Under the pieces are notes generated by a model. It had not been told where the DNA came from, searched no databases, and worked only from the letters and a program-made list of their open reading frames with translations. The position numbers were made by a program, and so were the translations under genes. Below are positions 17,493-28,370 of a DNA stretch of 50,961 nt, piece after piece. Each line of letters opens with the position of its first letter. Position 1 is the stretch's first letter. The DNA comes from Eubacteriales bacterium. GTDB taxonomy: Bacteria; Bacillota; Clostridia; Oscillospirales; CAG-272. The stretch is taken from contig JAZSBE010000046.1 in assembly GCA_045602215.1 (NCBI GenBank), positions 1-50,961 of the forward strand, in the 5' to 3' direction.

Positions 17493-18398
17493 ATGAATAC
17501 AAAAAAATCTCAATATGTTCTTACCCTTGCAAACTGCGGCTCGTTTGCTCAGGCGGCGGCGGCATTGGGGATCTCACAGCCTTCTCTTTCTCAATATATC
17601 AAGAAGATCGAGCAGGAGCTTGGAACAGAGCTGTTCGATCGTACGGGCGGTTCGGTACGTTTGACGGATGCGGGACGCATCTACCTTGAGGCCGGTCGCA
17701 AAATGATTGAGATCGAGCATCAGATGATGGGAGCGCTCAACGATCTGTCAGAGCATAAGACGGGATCCGTCGTGGTGGGCACATCCCCCTACCGTTCGGC
17801 AGGCATGATGCCGATCATCGCAAGACGTTTTCAGGAGCAGTATCCCGGGATGCATCTTGTGGTGGAGGAAATGACCTCGCAGGAGCTTTCGGAGGCTACG
17901 GAGCACGGTCAATTTGATCTGTGCATCACGATGAAGCCGATCAATGAAAGACTTTTTTGCTATGAGAGGATTGCAGAAGAGGAGCTGATATTGGCTGTTC
18001 CGCAGTCATTTCGGGATCTTTCTGCGGAAGGTATCCCCGATCGCAAATATCCGGCGATCGATGCAAAGGCAATCGACCGTCAGCCCTTTGTCATGATCAC
18101 GGAAGGGCAGTGGATGCAGCAGGCACTCAACAATCTGTCCTTAGATTACGGGCTGTCTCTCCAAAAGGCGACTGTCGTAAAGAGTTTGGAGGCGCAGATC
18201 GCCATGGTGCGCGCAGGCGTCGGAATGGCGCTCTTGCCCAGCGGCATCGAGCGTTTCTGCTCGTCCGATGAGGTGAAGTATTATTCGTTTAAGCAAGCAC
18301 TTCCCAAGCGCGACGTGGTGGTCATGTGGCAACGCGATCGCCAACTGAATCAGATTACGCGAGATTTGATTGGGATCATGAAGGACGTTTCATGGTAA
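17493..18398 (+). CDS. LysR family transcriptional regulator
   Basis: GSFAQAAAALGISQPSLSQYIKKIEQELGTELFDR...LTDAG HTH; substrate-binding domain; GGAGG RBS before ATG 17493. Confidence 0.93.
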   Translation: MNTKKSQYVLTLANCGSFAQAAAALGISQPSLSQYIKKIEQELGTELFDRTGGSVRLTDAGRIYLEAGRKMIEIEHQMMGALNDLSEHKTGSVVVGTSPYRSAGMMPIIARRFQEQYPGMHLVVEEMTSQELSEATEHGQFDLCITMKPINERLFCYERIAEEELILAVPQSFRDLSAEGIPDRKYPAIDAKAIDRQPFVMITEGQWMQQALNNLSLDYGLSLQKATVVKSLEAQIAMVRAGVGMALLPSGIERFCSSDEVKYYSFKQALPKRDVVVMWQRDRQLNQITRDLIGIMKDVSW

Positions 18399-18436
18399 AA
18401 AAATAAAGTGAAGGTAGATCTGACACTTTATTTTTT
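18398..18436 (+). terminator. Hairpin after the LysR gene
   Basis: AAAAAATAAAGTG / CACTTTATTTTTT. Confidence 0.55.
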
Positions 18437-18442
18437 GCCCAA

Positions 18443-18464
18443 CTCATAACCAAAAGATTATGAA
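18443..18464. promoter_or_regulatory. Candidate LysR operator upstream of the transporter
   Basis: CTCATA-N10-TATGAA, same arms and spacing as 17441-17462. Confidence 0.5.
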
Positions 18465-18540
18465 TATCATAATCGAAGTGAAATTTCCCGCACTGTGCGG
18501 TTTACATAAATGACTATTTTCTTAAGGAGGTTTTTGACCA

Positions 18541-19899
18541 ATGCCATCTGCATTTCTTTATCTTGGCATTCTGCTGGGTATCGTGGTGATCTGGTTCATG
18601 CTGCTGAAGAGACCTGTTTACGAGGCAATTCTGATCAGCTTTATCGTTCTTCTCACCGTGACCGGCACGTGGGGCAATCTTGGCGGCTACGTAGACAAAG
18701 CGCTGTCAACCTCGCTCCTTTATTCTATGACGGCGTTCGTCGCTATGTCGATCATTCTGACGAAGACGAAGATCATCGACAGCTGTATCGCCGTGATTCT
18801 TTCCTTGCTCGGAAGAATCCCCGGAGGTGCGGGATACGTATCTATTATTGCGTCCGCATTTATGGGAGCTCTTTCGGGTAGCGGCCCCGGTAACGTCATG
18901 GCAACCGGTTCCATCACGATCCCGGCAATGAAGAAATCCGGTTTCCCTGCAGAATTGGCGGCAAACGTCGAGAGCAACGCCAGCTATATGGGAAATATGA
19001 TCCCCCCCTCTTCGAATATCGTTGCGGCACTCGGAGCCTTTACCGCGTTGTATCCCGCAACGAATATGACGACGGGACAGTTCTGGATCGTGCTTTGGGG
19101 AATTTCGATCTGGTTTATTCTGCAACGGATTCTCACGCTGTTTGCTTTTTGCAAATACTATAAGGTTAAGCCCATGGCAGAGGAAGATCTCCCGAGCTTC
19201 AAGGAATCTCTGAAGACCGGCTGGCAGGGACTTCTGCTCCCCGTGATCATTCTGTTGCCCTTCGTCTTGGATTATCTCTTCAAGGACAACTTCTTTACGG
19301 CACGTCTCGGTGCTACCGGCGCGAAGTATATGTCCAGCAGCTTGCTTATCTTCATCCCCGGTATCGCGGTGATCTTCTCCTGCCTGATCGCCAAGGATAA
19401 GAAGATTGTCACACCTCATAAGATCGCTATGATGTTTGCAAACGGTGTGAAATCCATTGCTCCTGCCATCGGTGTTTGCGTCATCGGTTACATGATCGGC
19501 GCGCTCTTCAACGATCTGAACGTGGCTGTTGAAATGGAGGCGTTCATTCTCGGCATCAATTTCAGCAAGTTTGGTCTGGTGATCTTCATCAGCCTGCTGA
19601 CCTGCTTCCTTGGCATGGTGATTCCCGGTTCCTCTCTGGTCGTTATCTTTGGCCCTGTATTTATTACCACCTTTGCGTCGGTTGGAGTGAATCCCGTTCT
19701 TGCGGCTGCAATGCTCCCCTGCATCTGCGGCGTGATGTGCGGCATTACCCCTCCGCTCGGACTTGGTATGTACGCGGGAATGTCGCTGGCGGAGTCTGAT
19801 TTTGGGAAAACGTTCAAGAATAATATGTTCTGGGTTGCAGGACAGTTTATCATGGAAGTGGTCGTTCTGATGGGCTGGCTTCCGATTCTGGGACTGTAA
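18541..19899 (+). CDS. TRAP transporter large permease (DctM-like, ion transporter superfamily)
   Basis: GALSGSG...ATGSITIPAMKKSGF, GNMIPPS, GITPPLG motifs; about 11-12 TM segments. Confidence 0.8.
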   Translation: MPSAFLYLGILLGIVVIWFMLLKRPVYEAILISFIVLLTVTGTWGNLGGYVDKALSTSLLYSMTAFVAMSIILTKTKIIDSCIAVILSLLGRIPGGAGYVSIIASAFMGALSGSGPGNVMATGSITIPAMKKSGFPAELAANVESNASYMGNMIPPSSNIVAALGAFTALYPATNMTTGQFWIVLWGISIWFILQRILTLFAFCKYYKVKPMAEEDLPSFKESLKTGWQGLLLPVIILLPFVLDYLFKDNFFTARLGATGAKYMSSSLLIFIPGIAVIFSCLIAKDKKIVTPHKIAMMFANGVKSIAPAIGVCVIGYMIGALFNDLNVAVEMEAFILGINFSKFGLVIFISLLTCFLGMVIPGSSLVVIFGPVFITTFASVGVNPVLAAAMLPCICGVMCGITPPLGLGMYAGMSLAESDFGKTFKNNMFWVAGQFIMEVVVLMGWLPILGL

Positions 19900-19911
19900 G
19901 GAGGAAAGACG

Positions 19912-20193
19912 ATGAAAGAAAAACTGAAGCTGATTTCCGATAAATTGAAGATCGTTTTCGGATACGGAATCATGATCACGCTGTTCGTTGGCGGTCTGAC
20001 CTTCTTCGGCTATCTTGCGGCGTTGATCATTGGCGGCAATACCGCCGCGTTGATCTGCAACGTGATCTACAAGAAGATCGTCCCCGTTATAATCTACACC
20101 TCGACCATTATGATTTTGCTTGGACTTGTGACCATGTACCTCGCAGGAGAGAAGGCACTCACGCCCAGCAAGAGAGAAAAAACAACGAAATAA
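19912..20193 (+). CDS. Small membrane protein co-transcribed with the DctM-like permease
   Basis: 93 aa, 2 TM segments, AAGGAGG RBS. Confidence 0.75.
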   Translation: MKEKLKLISDKLKIVFGYGIMITLFVGGLTFFGYLAALIIGGNTAALICNVIYKKIVPVIIYTSTIMILLGLVTMYLAGEKALTPSKREKTTK

Positions 20194-20241
20194 AAAAAGA
20201 GCCTCCGAGGCGAGAAAGATCTCGCTCCCGGAGGCTTTTTT
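20192..20241. terminator. Bidirectional intrinsic terminator
   Basis: AAAAAAGAGCCTCCG...CGGAGGCTTTTTT between the transporter operon and the polysaccharide operon. Confidence 0.75.
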
Positions 20242-20307
20242 CGTGCTATCTATCTGCGAAGCGATACCGCGGTGATGGAACGGAGGTTTGCGTGGCGTTT
20301 GAAAAAA

Positions 20308-21333
20308 TTATCTTTTTCCATACATCTCTTCGTAGTATTTTACGTACTCGCCCGAGGTGCACTCCTGCATCCAATCCATATGCTCGCGGTACCATTGAAT
20401 GGTCAGCTTGATGCCGTCAGCGAACATGGTGGTCGGTCCCCAGCCAAGCTCTCTGTTTGCCTTGCTCGGATCGATCGCATAACGCTGGTCGTGTCCCTTG
20501 CGGTCGGCAACGTAGGTGATCAGACTCTCGGGCTTGTTCAGCTCCTTGAGGATGATTTTTACGATCTCAATGTTTGCCTTCTCGTTGTGTCCACCGAGAT
20601 TGTATACTTCACCCACTCTTCCTTTTTCAAGCACCGCCAGAATGCCGTAGCAATGGTCCTTTACGTAGAGCCAGTCGCGGACGTTCAGACCCTCGCCGTA
20701 TACGGGGAGAAGCTTATCCTGAGACGCGTTGTTTATCATCAGGGGGATCAGCTTTTCGGGGAACTGATAGGGACCGTAGTTGTTGGAGCAACGGGAGATG
20801 GTCACGGGCAGTCCGTAGGTTCTGTGGTACGCCATAACGAGCAGGTCTGCGCTTGCCTTGGAGGTAGAGTAGGGGCTGCTGGTATGGATGGGGGTATCCT
20901 CGTGGAAGAAGAGGTCGGGTCTGTCGAGCGGGAGGTCTCCGTAAACCTCGTCGGTGCTGACCTGATGGAATCTCTCAATGCCGTATTTACGGCAGGCATC
21001 CATCAGAACCTGTGTTCCGAGAATGTTTGTCTCGAGAAAGATCCCGGGGTTTTCAATCGAGCGGTCTACGTGACTTTCCGCGGCAAAGTTGACGACGACG
21101 TCGGGCTTTTCTTTTTCAAAGATCTTGAAAATTCCTTCGCGGTTGCGGATGTCCTCTCTGTAGAAAACAAAGTCAGGGCTTTTCATCGCATCGTTGAGCG
21201 TATGGATGTTGGCAGCATAGGTAAGTGCATCGACACACACAACCTTCCAGCCCGGACGCTCTTCGAGCAGCATATAAACAAAGTTTGAACCGATAAAGCC
21301 TGCTCCACCGGTAACAAGAATCGTCTTACTCAT
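20308..21333 (-). CDS. rfbB: dTDP-glucose 4,6-dehydratase
   Basis: [61 protein letters not shown]. Confidence 0.96.
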   Translation of the reverse strand: MSKTILVTGGAGFIGSNFVYMLLEERPGWKVVCVDALTYAANIHTLNDAMKSPDFVFYREDIRNREGIFKIFEKEKPDVVVNFAAESHVDRSIENPGIFLETNILGTQVLMDACRKYGIERFHQVSTDEVYGDLPLDRPDLFFHEDTPIHTSSPYSTSKASADLLVMAYHRTYGLPVTISRCSNNYGPYQFPEKLIPLMINNASQDKLLPVYGEGLNVRDWLYVKDHCYGILAVLEKGRVGEVYNLGGHNEKANIEIVKIILKELNKPESLITYVADRKGHDQRYAIDPSKANRELGWGPTTMFADGIKLTIQWYREHMDWMQECTSGEYVKYYEEMYGKR

Positions 21334-22207
21334 ATTTCAAAGCCCCCTTTGCAACACTGATCAGATATTGTCCGTATTCTGTCATTTTAAGCTCTTCGCC
21401 CAGCTTCAAAAGCTGTTCTGCATCAATAAATCCTCGACGGAACGCAATCTCCTCGATGCAGGAAATATAGAAGCCCTGTCTGTCTTGCACGACCTGAACG
21501 AATTCGGAGGCCTTTAGCATTCCTTCGGGCGTTCCCGTATCAAGCCACGCGATTCCGCGCCCCATCAGCTCAACGTTCAGCTCGCCCATCTCAAGATAAG
21601 CGTTGTTGACGGCGGTGATTTCGATTTCTCCGCGGGCAGAAGGCTTCACGTTCTTCGCGATCTCGATCACGCGGTTATCGTAGAAATAGAGTCCGGGAAC
21701 CGCGTAGTTAGACTTGGGCTGCGCGGGTTTTTCCTCGATGGAAACAACTTTGTGGTTTTTATCAAACTCAACAACACCGAAGGCGCGGGCATCCTTTACG
21801 GGATAGCCGAATATGGTTGCGCCCACCTTGCGGTCACGGGCGTTCCAAAGCGTTTTGCTGATATCCTTGCCGTAGAAGACGTTGTCTCCCAAAATGAGAC
21901 AGACGTTGTCATCGCCGATAAATTCTTCGCCAAGGATAAACGCATCAGCAAGTCCGCGCGGCGTTTCTTGAACCTTATATGTGAACTTGACTCCGATTTT
22001 CTCGCCCGTGCCCAGAAGCTTCTCGTAGTTCGGTAAATCATCGGGGGTTGAGATGATCAGAATCTCGCGAATCCCTGCAAGCAGCAGCATGGATAAAGGA
22101 TAGTAAATAAGCGGCTTGTCGTAAATGGGAAGCAGTTGCTTGGACACGACCTGTGTCATGGGATAGAGGCGCGTGCCTTTGCCGCCTGCAAGAATGATGC
22201 CTTTCAT
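21326..22207 (-). CDS. rfbA: Glucose-1-phosphate thymidylyltransferase
   Basis: [52 protein letters not shown]. Confidence 0.96.
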   Translation of the reverse strand: MKGIILAGGKGTRLYPMTQVVSKQLLPIYDKPLIYYPLSMLLLAGIREILIISTPDDLPNYEKLLGTGEKIGVKFTYKVQETPRGLADAFILGEEFIGDDNVCLILGDNVFYGKDISKTLWNARDRKVGATIFGYPVKDARAFGVVEFDKNHKVVSIEEKPAQPKSNYAVPGLYFYDNRVIEIAKNVKPSARGEIEITAVNNAYLEMGELNVELMGRGIAWLDTGTPEGMLKASEFVQVVQDRQGFYISCIEEIAFRRGFIDAEQLLKLGEELKMTEYGQYLISVAKGALKYE

Positions 22208-22217
22208 ATTTTTTCTC

Positions 22218-23327
22218 CTAATTCAAAATGATGTCGCAAATTTTATCAACGTCCTCAATACTCAAATGCGCAAAAAGGGGAAGACAAAGAATATTTCTTG
22301 AAATTTGAAGTGCTACAGGAGTATTTGCCGTCATATCACGGTCAAATTCCTTATTTTCGGAAACTAACGGATAGAAATATTTTCTAGCTAAAATTCCGTT
22401 CTCCCCAAGCTTTGTCGCCAGGGCGTCTCTGTTCGATCCGAACACGGATGCGTCAACCAAAATGGGGTAGTAGGCGTAGTTTTGCTTCAGACCGTCCACA
22501 AAGCTGAGCAGCTTGATACCGTTGGCATTTGCAAGTCTTTGGTTGTAACGCTCAAAGGCTTCCTGCCGTGACTGAAGCTCCGCATCGATGTATCGCAGAT
22601 TGCAGATTCCCATTGCCGCGGAAAATTCATTCATCTTGGCGTTTGTTCCAAGGCAAACAAGCTCGTCTCCGCAGACACCGAAGTTTCGCTCCTTGGATAT
22701 CTTATCGGAGAGCGATTCATCCGAGAAGGTCAGGCAGCCGCCCTCGATGGTATGGAACACCTTGGTTGCATGGAAGGAAAACATGGAGATATCTCCCCAA
22801 TCGCCAATTCCGCGTCCCTTGTACTCCACTGCGAAAGCGTGAGCGGCGTCGTAAATGACCTTTAGACCGTGCTTGTCCGCAATGCGCTGAATTTCCTCAA
22901 CCGCGCAGATGTTTCCGTAAACGTGAACACCCAATATCGCAACCGTCTTGTCGGTGATCAATTCTTCGATTTTACTCTCATCAATCGTAAAATCGTCCTT
23001 GATATCGCAGAAAACAGGGGTGCATCCCGCCTGAATGATCGCGTTGGTTGTGGACGCAAACGTAAAGGGAGTGGTGATGATCTCACCCTTCAGCCCCAAA
23101 ACCCGAATCGCAGTATATAAACCGAGGTGACCGTTGACAAAGAGCTCAATGTTCTTGACCTTGAGGTAGTCCTTCAACTGCGTTTTCAGTTTGTTATGTA
23201 TGGGGCCCATATTCGTCAGATGAACGGTTTCCCAAATGGATTTGATTTCCTCACAATACTCCTCGTATAGGGGCATCGAGGAACGGGTTACGTTGATTCT
23301 GTTTTTTATTTCGCTCATTTCATTCAC
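22218..23327 (-). CDS. DegT/DnrJ/EryC1/StrS aminotransferase, VioA-like (dTDP-4-amino-4,6-dideoxyglucose forming)
   Basis: [58 protein letters not shown]; adjacent to rfbAB. Confidence 0.85.
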   Translation of the reverse strand: MNEMSEIKNRINVTRSSMPLYEEYCEEIKSIWETVHLTNMGPIHNKLKTQLKDYLKVKNIELFVNGHLGLYTAIRVLGLKGEIITTPFTFASTTNAIIQAGCTPVFCDIKDDFTIDESKIEELITDKTVAILGVHVYGNICAVEEIQRIADKHGLKVIYDAAHAFAVEYKGRGIGDWGDISMFSFHATKVFHTIEGGCLTFSDESLSDKISKERNFGVCGDELVCLGTNAKMNEFSAAMGICNLRYIDAELQSRQEAFERYNQRLANANGIKLLSFVDGLKQNYAYYPILVDASVFGSNRDALATKLGENGILARKYFYPLVSENKEFDRDMTANTPVALQISRNILCLPLFAHLSIEDVDKICDIILN

Positions 23328-23405
23328 CCAATCTTTCGAAAAAGGTCTTGCTCGTTTTATCAGAAGTCAAGACACTTATCACGGATATCCGACACGGTAA
23401 TTCGT

Positions 23406-24827
23406 TTATAAATCACCAATATCAGTGATCACGCCAAATTGATCTTTATATGTTGTTTTACATAGAATATAGAAGATCAGTCCAAGTAACGACCATCCTC
23501 CAACAATCACCCATTCCTGCAAGGAAAGCGTGCTGCCGGAGCCAATAATCAAATAAGAGAGAACCAACAATCCCGAGAGCACAGTTGCCGTAATTCCAAC
23601 AAATTTATAGTGCTTTACCTTAAAAGGACGAAGCATTTGCGGCTTTTTCTTTCGCAGTATCAGAAAAGAAATGGACACCATGCAATAGGCAAGGCAACAA
23701 CCAAAGCTGGCCGCATTTGAAATCCAAACCAACATCGTTTTACCGAAAAAGGGCGCAACAATCGACAGCAATCCCATCAGCAAAAGTGCGTTGATCGGGG
23801 TTTTATACTTTGAATGAAGCTTAGAAAACACTTTCGGGATCATACCGGATTCAGCCATAGAGAAAATTGCGCGGCTTCCGCCAATCAGGAAAGAATTCCA
23901 GCTTGTTACAACACCGCAAAGACCTCCGATAATCAGTATCTTAGCCATCGCCGTACTATTAAAGGCGCGTTCCATAGCTATTGCCGTTACAAGACCGGAG
24001 CCTTGCATTGCGCTCTTTATATTTTCCGGATTCATAATAAAACCTACCGCAAACACAACCAACACATAAAAGCCAACTGCGCAAACGATCGAAAGAAGTA
24101 ATATCCTTGCAAGCTTTTTCAACGGTATATTGATTTCCTCAGCAACCTGAGGGATCACATCAAACCCAAACAGGAAAAACGGCGCAACGGCAGCGACTGA
24201 CATGATGCCCCTCACCGCGCTAATACCGTTTCCTACAATGAGTTGCCCCTCCAGGTTTTCGGGAGAGCCGTTCACCGCAGAAGCCGCAACTAAAGCAACT
24301 CCAACGCCGGCAATTACAATCGTAAGAACAGTTTGAAAAACAGATGCCGCTTTAATTCCCAATATATTCAAAACAAGAATCGCTACCGTAAACACGATTG
24401 ACACCATAACGCCTGTCAGATAGACGTCCGAACCGGCGATTGTATATAGCTTCACTTGCATAAAAGCGGGAAACAAATATTCTATAATTGTCGGAAGCGA
24501 TACAGCCTCAAAGCACACCACACCAATATAACTAAGAATTAGCGCCCATGTACAAACAAAAGAGCCTGTGGAACCAAGAGCCATATAACTGAACACATGC
24601 TCGCCGCCCACTTTGGGCATCGCAGGCGTTAGCTCGGCATAGGTCATACCGACAAAATAGATCATTAAGCCGCCAATCAAAAAGCCAAGAAGTGTGCCTA
24701 CAACGCCGGCGTTTTGGATCCAGTTACCGGAAGATACTACCCATCCCCATCCGATCATCGCGCCAAAGGCAACGACTAAAATATCGGTTGCCCCAAGCAC
24801 CTTGCGCAAATTTTGTTTGTCACTCAT
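23406..24827 (-). CDS. APC family amino acid permease
   Basis: AFGAMIGWGW, YAELTPAMPKVGGE, FLFGFDVIPQVAEE, GSRAIFSMA; 12 TM segments. Confidence 0.9.
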   Translation of the reverse strand: MSDKQNLRKVLGATDILVVAFGAMIGWGWVVSSGNWIQNAGVVGTLLGFLIGGLMIYFVGMTYAELTPAMPKVGGEHVFSYMALGSTGSFVCTWALILSYIGVVCFEAVSLPTIIEYLFPAFMQVKLYTIAGSDVYLTGVMVSIVFTVAILVLNILGIKAASVFQTVLTIVIAGVGVALVAASAVNGSPENLEGQLIVGNGISAVRGIMSVAAVAPFFLFGFDVIPQVAEEINIPLKKLARILLLSIVCAVGFYVLVVFAVGFIMNPENIKSAMQGSGLVTAIAMERAFNSTAMAKILIIGGLCGVVTSWNSFLIGGSRAIFSMAESGMIPKVFSKLHSKYKTPINALLLMGLLSIVAPFFGKTMLVWISNAASFGCCLAYCMVSISFLILRKKKPQMLRPFKVKHYKFVGITATVLSGLLVLSYLIIGSGSTLSLQEWVIVGGWSLLGLIFYILCKTTYKDQFGVITDIGDL

Positions 24828-24846
24828 AACAATCCCTCGTTAAATC

Positions 24847-25965
24847 TCAATTGTTACCGGGCCATTGGATCATCTCTTCGAATTCGCGACGCAAGCCTCT
24901 CTTATAGATCATCTGACTCATGATCTGTCCTGCATGATTTCCTTCCATTATGCACCAGCCCTTCGGAGTCAGAACAACGTCCCAACCAACGTATCGGAAC
25001 GTGGGCAATTTTAACGCGATCTCTTTGCCAAACTCCAGCAATTCATCCCATTTGGGAATCTGATAGCCCTTGAAGCGAATACCGGAATCAGGATGGACTT
25101 CAACGCTTTCTCCACTTTCCTTGCAACCGTCGGTAACGATGATACCCGTTGCAGGATCAATACCTGCATCAAATCCATCGATTGCAGCACTGGCAATGAA
25201 GGATCCCGATGCACCAAACTTGATCCAAGGGTAGAAAAAGGATACTTGATCACCGTTGCGGATTGTAATCAGACGGATTGCGTTAATGGAAGACGGATGA
25301 AAAGCAGCCAATTCCTCTACCTGCTCGATCAACTCTTCCAATACAAGAGACTTCACGCTTTCTAATCTTGAAAGCTTTTTGGAATCCTCCATGATTTGCA
25401 TCAATGATCGGAACAGCTCATCTGTGTCGGCATAATCTGCTAAAGAGATTTTTTTGACACCATAAGCACCGCTGCCACCAACCGGTTTCACTACAAATTC
25501 AGGGTGCTTTTCGACAAAGCTGTCGAATTCCATACGGTCTTCCTCGCCCTTCAGCTCAATCATATCTCGCTTATAGTATTCCTTCAATAGCTGGTATGCT
25601 TCATACTTGTTGCGCAACAGATGCCAGTCATCCGGATTGTTCAAATAACGATAATAATCCCACCGATTACGGTCGGTAATATATTCGCTGCGTTCCTCAT
25701 CGGTTTTTGTTTCCAAATTCAAGTAAATCTCTTCTTCGATGGAAATACCAAACACCCAATAGTCATACAGCGACATATAGTAAAGATTTCTTTTCTGTTC
25801 TTCCGTACGTTCAGAACAATACTTGTTGATAGGCTCCCAAATACGCTTTACCAGTTGCTCGGTATAGAGCTGCGGGTTTTTTCTCTCAATTTCCATACCA
25901 ATTTGGATTCTTTCTTCTCTGTTATCCGTTTTTGGAATCCAATCGGTATCAATAAAATAAAACAT
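24847..25965 (-). CDS. Sugar-transfer-associated ATP-grasp protein
   Basis: VVKPVGGSGAYGV, LEELIEQ, SINAIRLIT, HPDSG..FKGYQIP.W, YVGWDV...MEGN. Confidence 0.82.
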   Translation of the reverse strand: MFYFIDTDWIPKTDNREERIQIGMEIERKNPQLYTEQLVKRIWEPINKYCSERTEEQKRNLYYMSLYDYWVFGISIEEEIYLNLETKTDEERSEYITDRNRWDYYRYLNNPDDWHLLRNKYEAYQLLKEYYKRDMIELKGEEDRMEFDSFVEKHPEFVVKPVGGSGAYGVKKISLADYADTDELFRSLMQIMEDSKKLSRLESVKSLVLEELIEQVEELAAFHPSSINAIRLITIRNGDQVSFFYPWIKFGASGSFIASAAIDGFDAGIDPATGIIVTDGCKESGESVEVHPDSGIRFKGYQIPKWDELLEFGKEIALKLPTFRYVGWDVVLTPKGWCIMEGNHAGQIMSQMIYKRGLRREFEEMIQWPGNN

Positions 25966-26129
25966 GATTATTTCTCCTTCGGCTTTTAATTTTACGCTCG
26001 CATTTTTTGAGTAAAGTAACCTTTACGGGATTTGAAACGGATTTTATAACGTGTCAAATTCCACGTACACGATGCTGTAATTGGGAAACTTGGCTTCTTG
26101 GAACAATTGCTTTATTGAACAATTCTCAT

Positions 26130-27395
26130 TTATATTTTCTCGGGGTCAAACAACGAGACAATCATATTGTTTCCGTTTCCGTCATACACACGAATTTTAT
26201 CATAAATACGCTTTACCGCATCCTTCAACTGATCAGCCGTATCTGCCACGACAATAACGTGCGCATAGCGCTGATGCGTATTACCAGTCGCGGAGATTTC
26301 CGAGCCGGGCGCATGATAAAATGCGACATACTCCACCTCAGGCATTTTTTGAATCTCATCAAAGCCTTCTTCCGCCGCAACCAGTCCGGCACATACGTTG
26401 ATTTGCAGTCGGATTGTCGTTTTTCCGTTGAGCAGATAGCTGCTTTCATCAATTTTCTCTTCAGTCGGGAAGGTGCCTGTCAAAGCATAGTGAATCATGG
26501 CCTTCGGGACGTCGATTCCTGTAAGCCTCTTGAATGCACGTTCATACTCGCCACCTGCAAATCTTCTGCCGGGGTCAAAGTACAGCACGTCGTCATCCGT
26601 AAAGAATCCCTGTGCTACAAAGGGGCCGTCCTTTACGCCGATACTCTTGAGCATATTCACCAGTCTTCCGTTTTCTTTTCGAATATACTCATCCGACTTC
26701 ACGGACGGAGATCTATATGCTACGGCCACCTTTCCCAAGCCTACGCTCTCATCGCCAAAATAAGCATCAGACAACTGTTCCAGATATGCCTCGCCGTTTA
26801 CAAACAAATATGTAACGCAGAACGCGTCCTTGAATTCAACATACTGCTCAATGACGTACTGACTGTCAAAGGATGCTTGCTTGGCAACCTCAATCGCTTC
26901 AATGACTTGATCCTTGGTCGTGCAGACGGTCGCGCCTCTTGAGCCGCGGCTGTTGGAGGGTTTTACAATGACGGTAAAAGGCAGTTCATCTGTTATTTCT
27001 TCCAATTTAAGGCGCGCCGGAACACCAACGCCGTATTGCAGGCAGCAATCCTTAAAATCCTTTTTACGCGTTAAAATATCAAAGTGCTCTTTTGTTCCAT
27101 AGCAGGGCAAACCGGTTTTTTCGCACAAGCGCTGATAGTGAGGCTGAACAAAATCGAACCATCCGCTCACGATGCCGTCAATGCCTTCTTTCTCGCAAAG
27201 CTCTGCCAGGCGTTCTGTCTCGGTGACGTTGATCAAATACGAAAAGTCGGCCATTTCTTTTGCGGGGGCCCCTTCAACGTTGTCCACCACGTACGTAATT
27301 ACGCCCAGTTCCTTGGCGGCTTCGACTACCTTACAATGCTGCGAACCGCCGCCCATAACAAGCAGCTTCTTGCCGCTTAATGCACAATAACTCAT
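26130..27395 (-). CDS. ATP-grasp domain protein (carbamoyl-phosphate-synthase-like)
   Basis: KKLLVMGGG, VIVKPSNSRGSRGAT, VIEQYV, FDPGRRFAGG. Confidence 0.82.
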   Translation of the reverse strand: MSYCALSGKKLLVMGGGSQHCKVVEAAKELGVITYVVDNVEGAPAKEMADFSYLINVTETERLAELCEKEGIDGIVSGWFDFVQPHYQRLCEKTGLPCYGTKEHFDILTRKKDFKDCCLQYGVGVPARLKLEEITDELPFTVIVKPSNSRGSRGATVCTTKDQVIEAIEVAKQASFDSQYVIEQYVEFKDAFCVTYLFVNGEAYLEQLSDAYFGDESVGLGKVAVAYRSPSVKSDEYIRKENGRLVNMLKSIGVKDGPFVAQGFFTDDDVLYFDPGRRFAGGEYERAFKRLTGIDVPKAMIHYALTGTFPTEEKIDESSYLLNGKTTIRLQINVCAGLVAAEEGFDEIQKMPEVEYVAFYHAPGSEISATGNTHQRYAHVIVVADTADQLKDAVKRIYDKIRVYDGNGNNMIVSLFDPEKI

Positions 27396-27410
27396 ACTTC
27401 CTTCTCCTTT

Positions 27411-28370
27411 TTATTCCACATTCCCCAAGAAACGTCGGATCTTTCGATGGAGTTTAGGGAATCTACAGTGAAGTCTATCAGAAAGACGACGTTTAAAGGG
27501 TCTGGCCTTGTAAAAGTCCTTCAATTCCTCACTTAAAATCGCATCAAGGTCATGATTCATTAACGCCTGCATATACTTTTGCTCGCTAATTTTTCTTTGA
27601 ATCAACTCATGATACTTAAAATTTGTATCCCGATCCATGTTTTCCAAACCGACGATCATTTTTGAGCAATTATTGGCTCTGACCCTATCATTATCATTTT
27701 GCTTTGTCCATGATCCAAGCGCCCTCCACCGATAGACGCACATAACGTCCGATAACATACGGACCTTGCCGTTCATAGCTGCATAATAGGTCAACGGAAG
27801 ATCTCCTACAGGAAATCCCCACGCGGGAAGACTTTTCCAAATATCTGCTTTTAAGAAGAAAGAAACCGTAGTAAAGGGTCTTCTATGCTTGGGAGATAAA
27901 AATTCTTCCAAGGTGATATCTCTGTCCTCGTTTGACAATCCGCGTGTTGTTACCATCTCTCCGGAAAGCATATTTAACCATGCGGTACTGCATCCACACA
28001 GCGTATACTCCGGATTATTCTCCATAAAATCATATTGCTTCTGCAATTTCAAGGGGTCCGTCCAATAATCGTCACCCTCGCAAAGAGCGATATATTTTCC
28101 TTTTGCGCGTGCCGCCTGAAGTCGCCTGATGGTTCTGTCAAATTTTGAATACTGGTTTTCGGTTTGATAGATCGGCTTGATCAATTCCGGATATTTTTGT
28201 TCATATTCTCTGACGATATCTGCGGTATGATCGGTTGATGCGTCATCATGAACTAACACTTCAAAGGTGAAATTGGTTTGCTGCATAACAAAACCTTCCA
28301 ACGCATCACGCACATAATTTTCCTGATTATAGACATTGCAAATAATGCTGACGTCAACGTTTTCGCGCAT
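27411..28370 (-). CDS. Family 2 glycosyltransferase
   Basis: VSIICNVYNQENY, HDDASTD, ALCEGDDYWTDPLKLQKQ. Confidence 0.92.
   Translation of the reverse strand: MRENVDVSIICNVYNQENYVRDALEGFVMQQTNFTFEVLVHDDASTDHTADIVREYEQKYPELIKPIYQTENQYSKFDRTIRRLQAARAKGKYIALCEGDDYWTDPLKLQKQYDFMENNPEYTLCGCSTAWLNMLSGEMVTTRGLSNEDRDITLEEFLSPKHRRPFTTVSFFLKADIWKSLPAWGFPVGDLPLTYYAAMNGKVRMLSDVMCVYRWRALGSWTKQNDNDRVRANNCSKMIVGLENMDRDTNFKYHELIQRKISEQKYMQALMNHDLDAILSEELKDFYKARPFKRRLSDRLHCRFPKLHRKIRRFLGNVE

Noticed and set aside
20308-22207. dTDP-L-rhamnose pathway
   Set aside because: rmlC and rmlD are absent here; the adjacent aminotransferase points to a 4-amino sugar.
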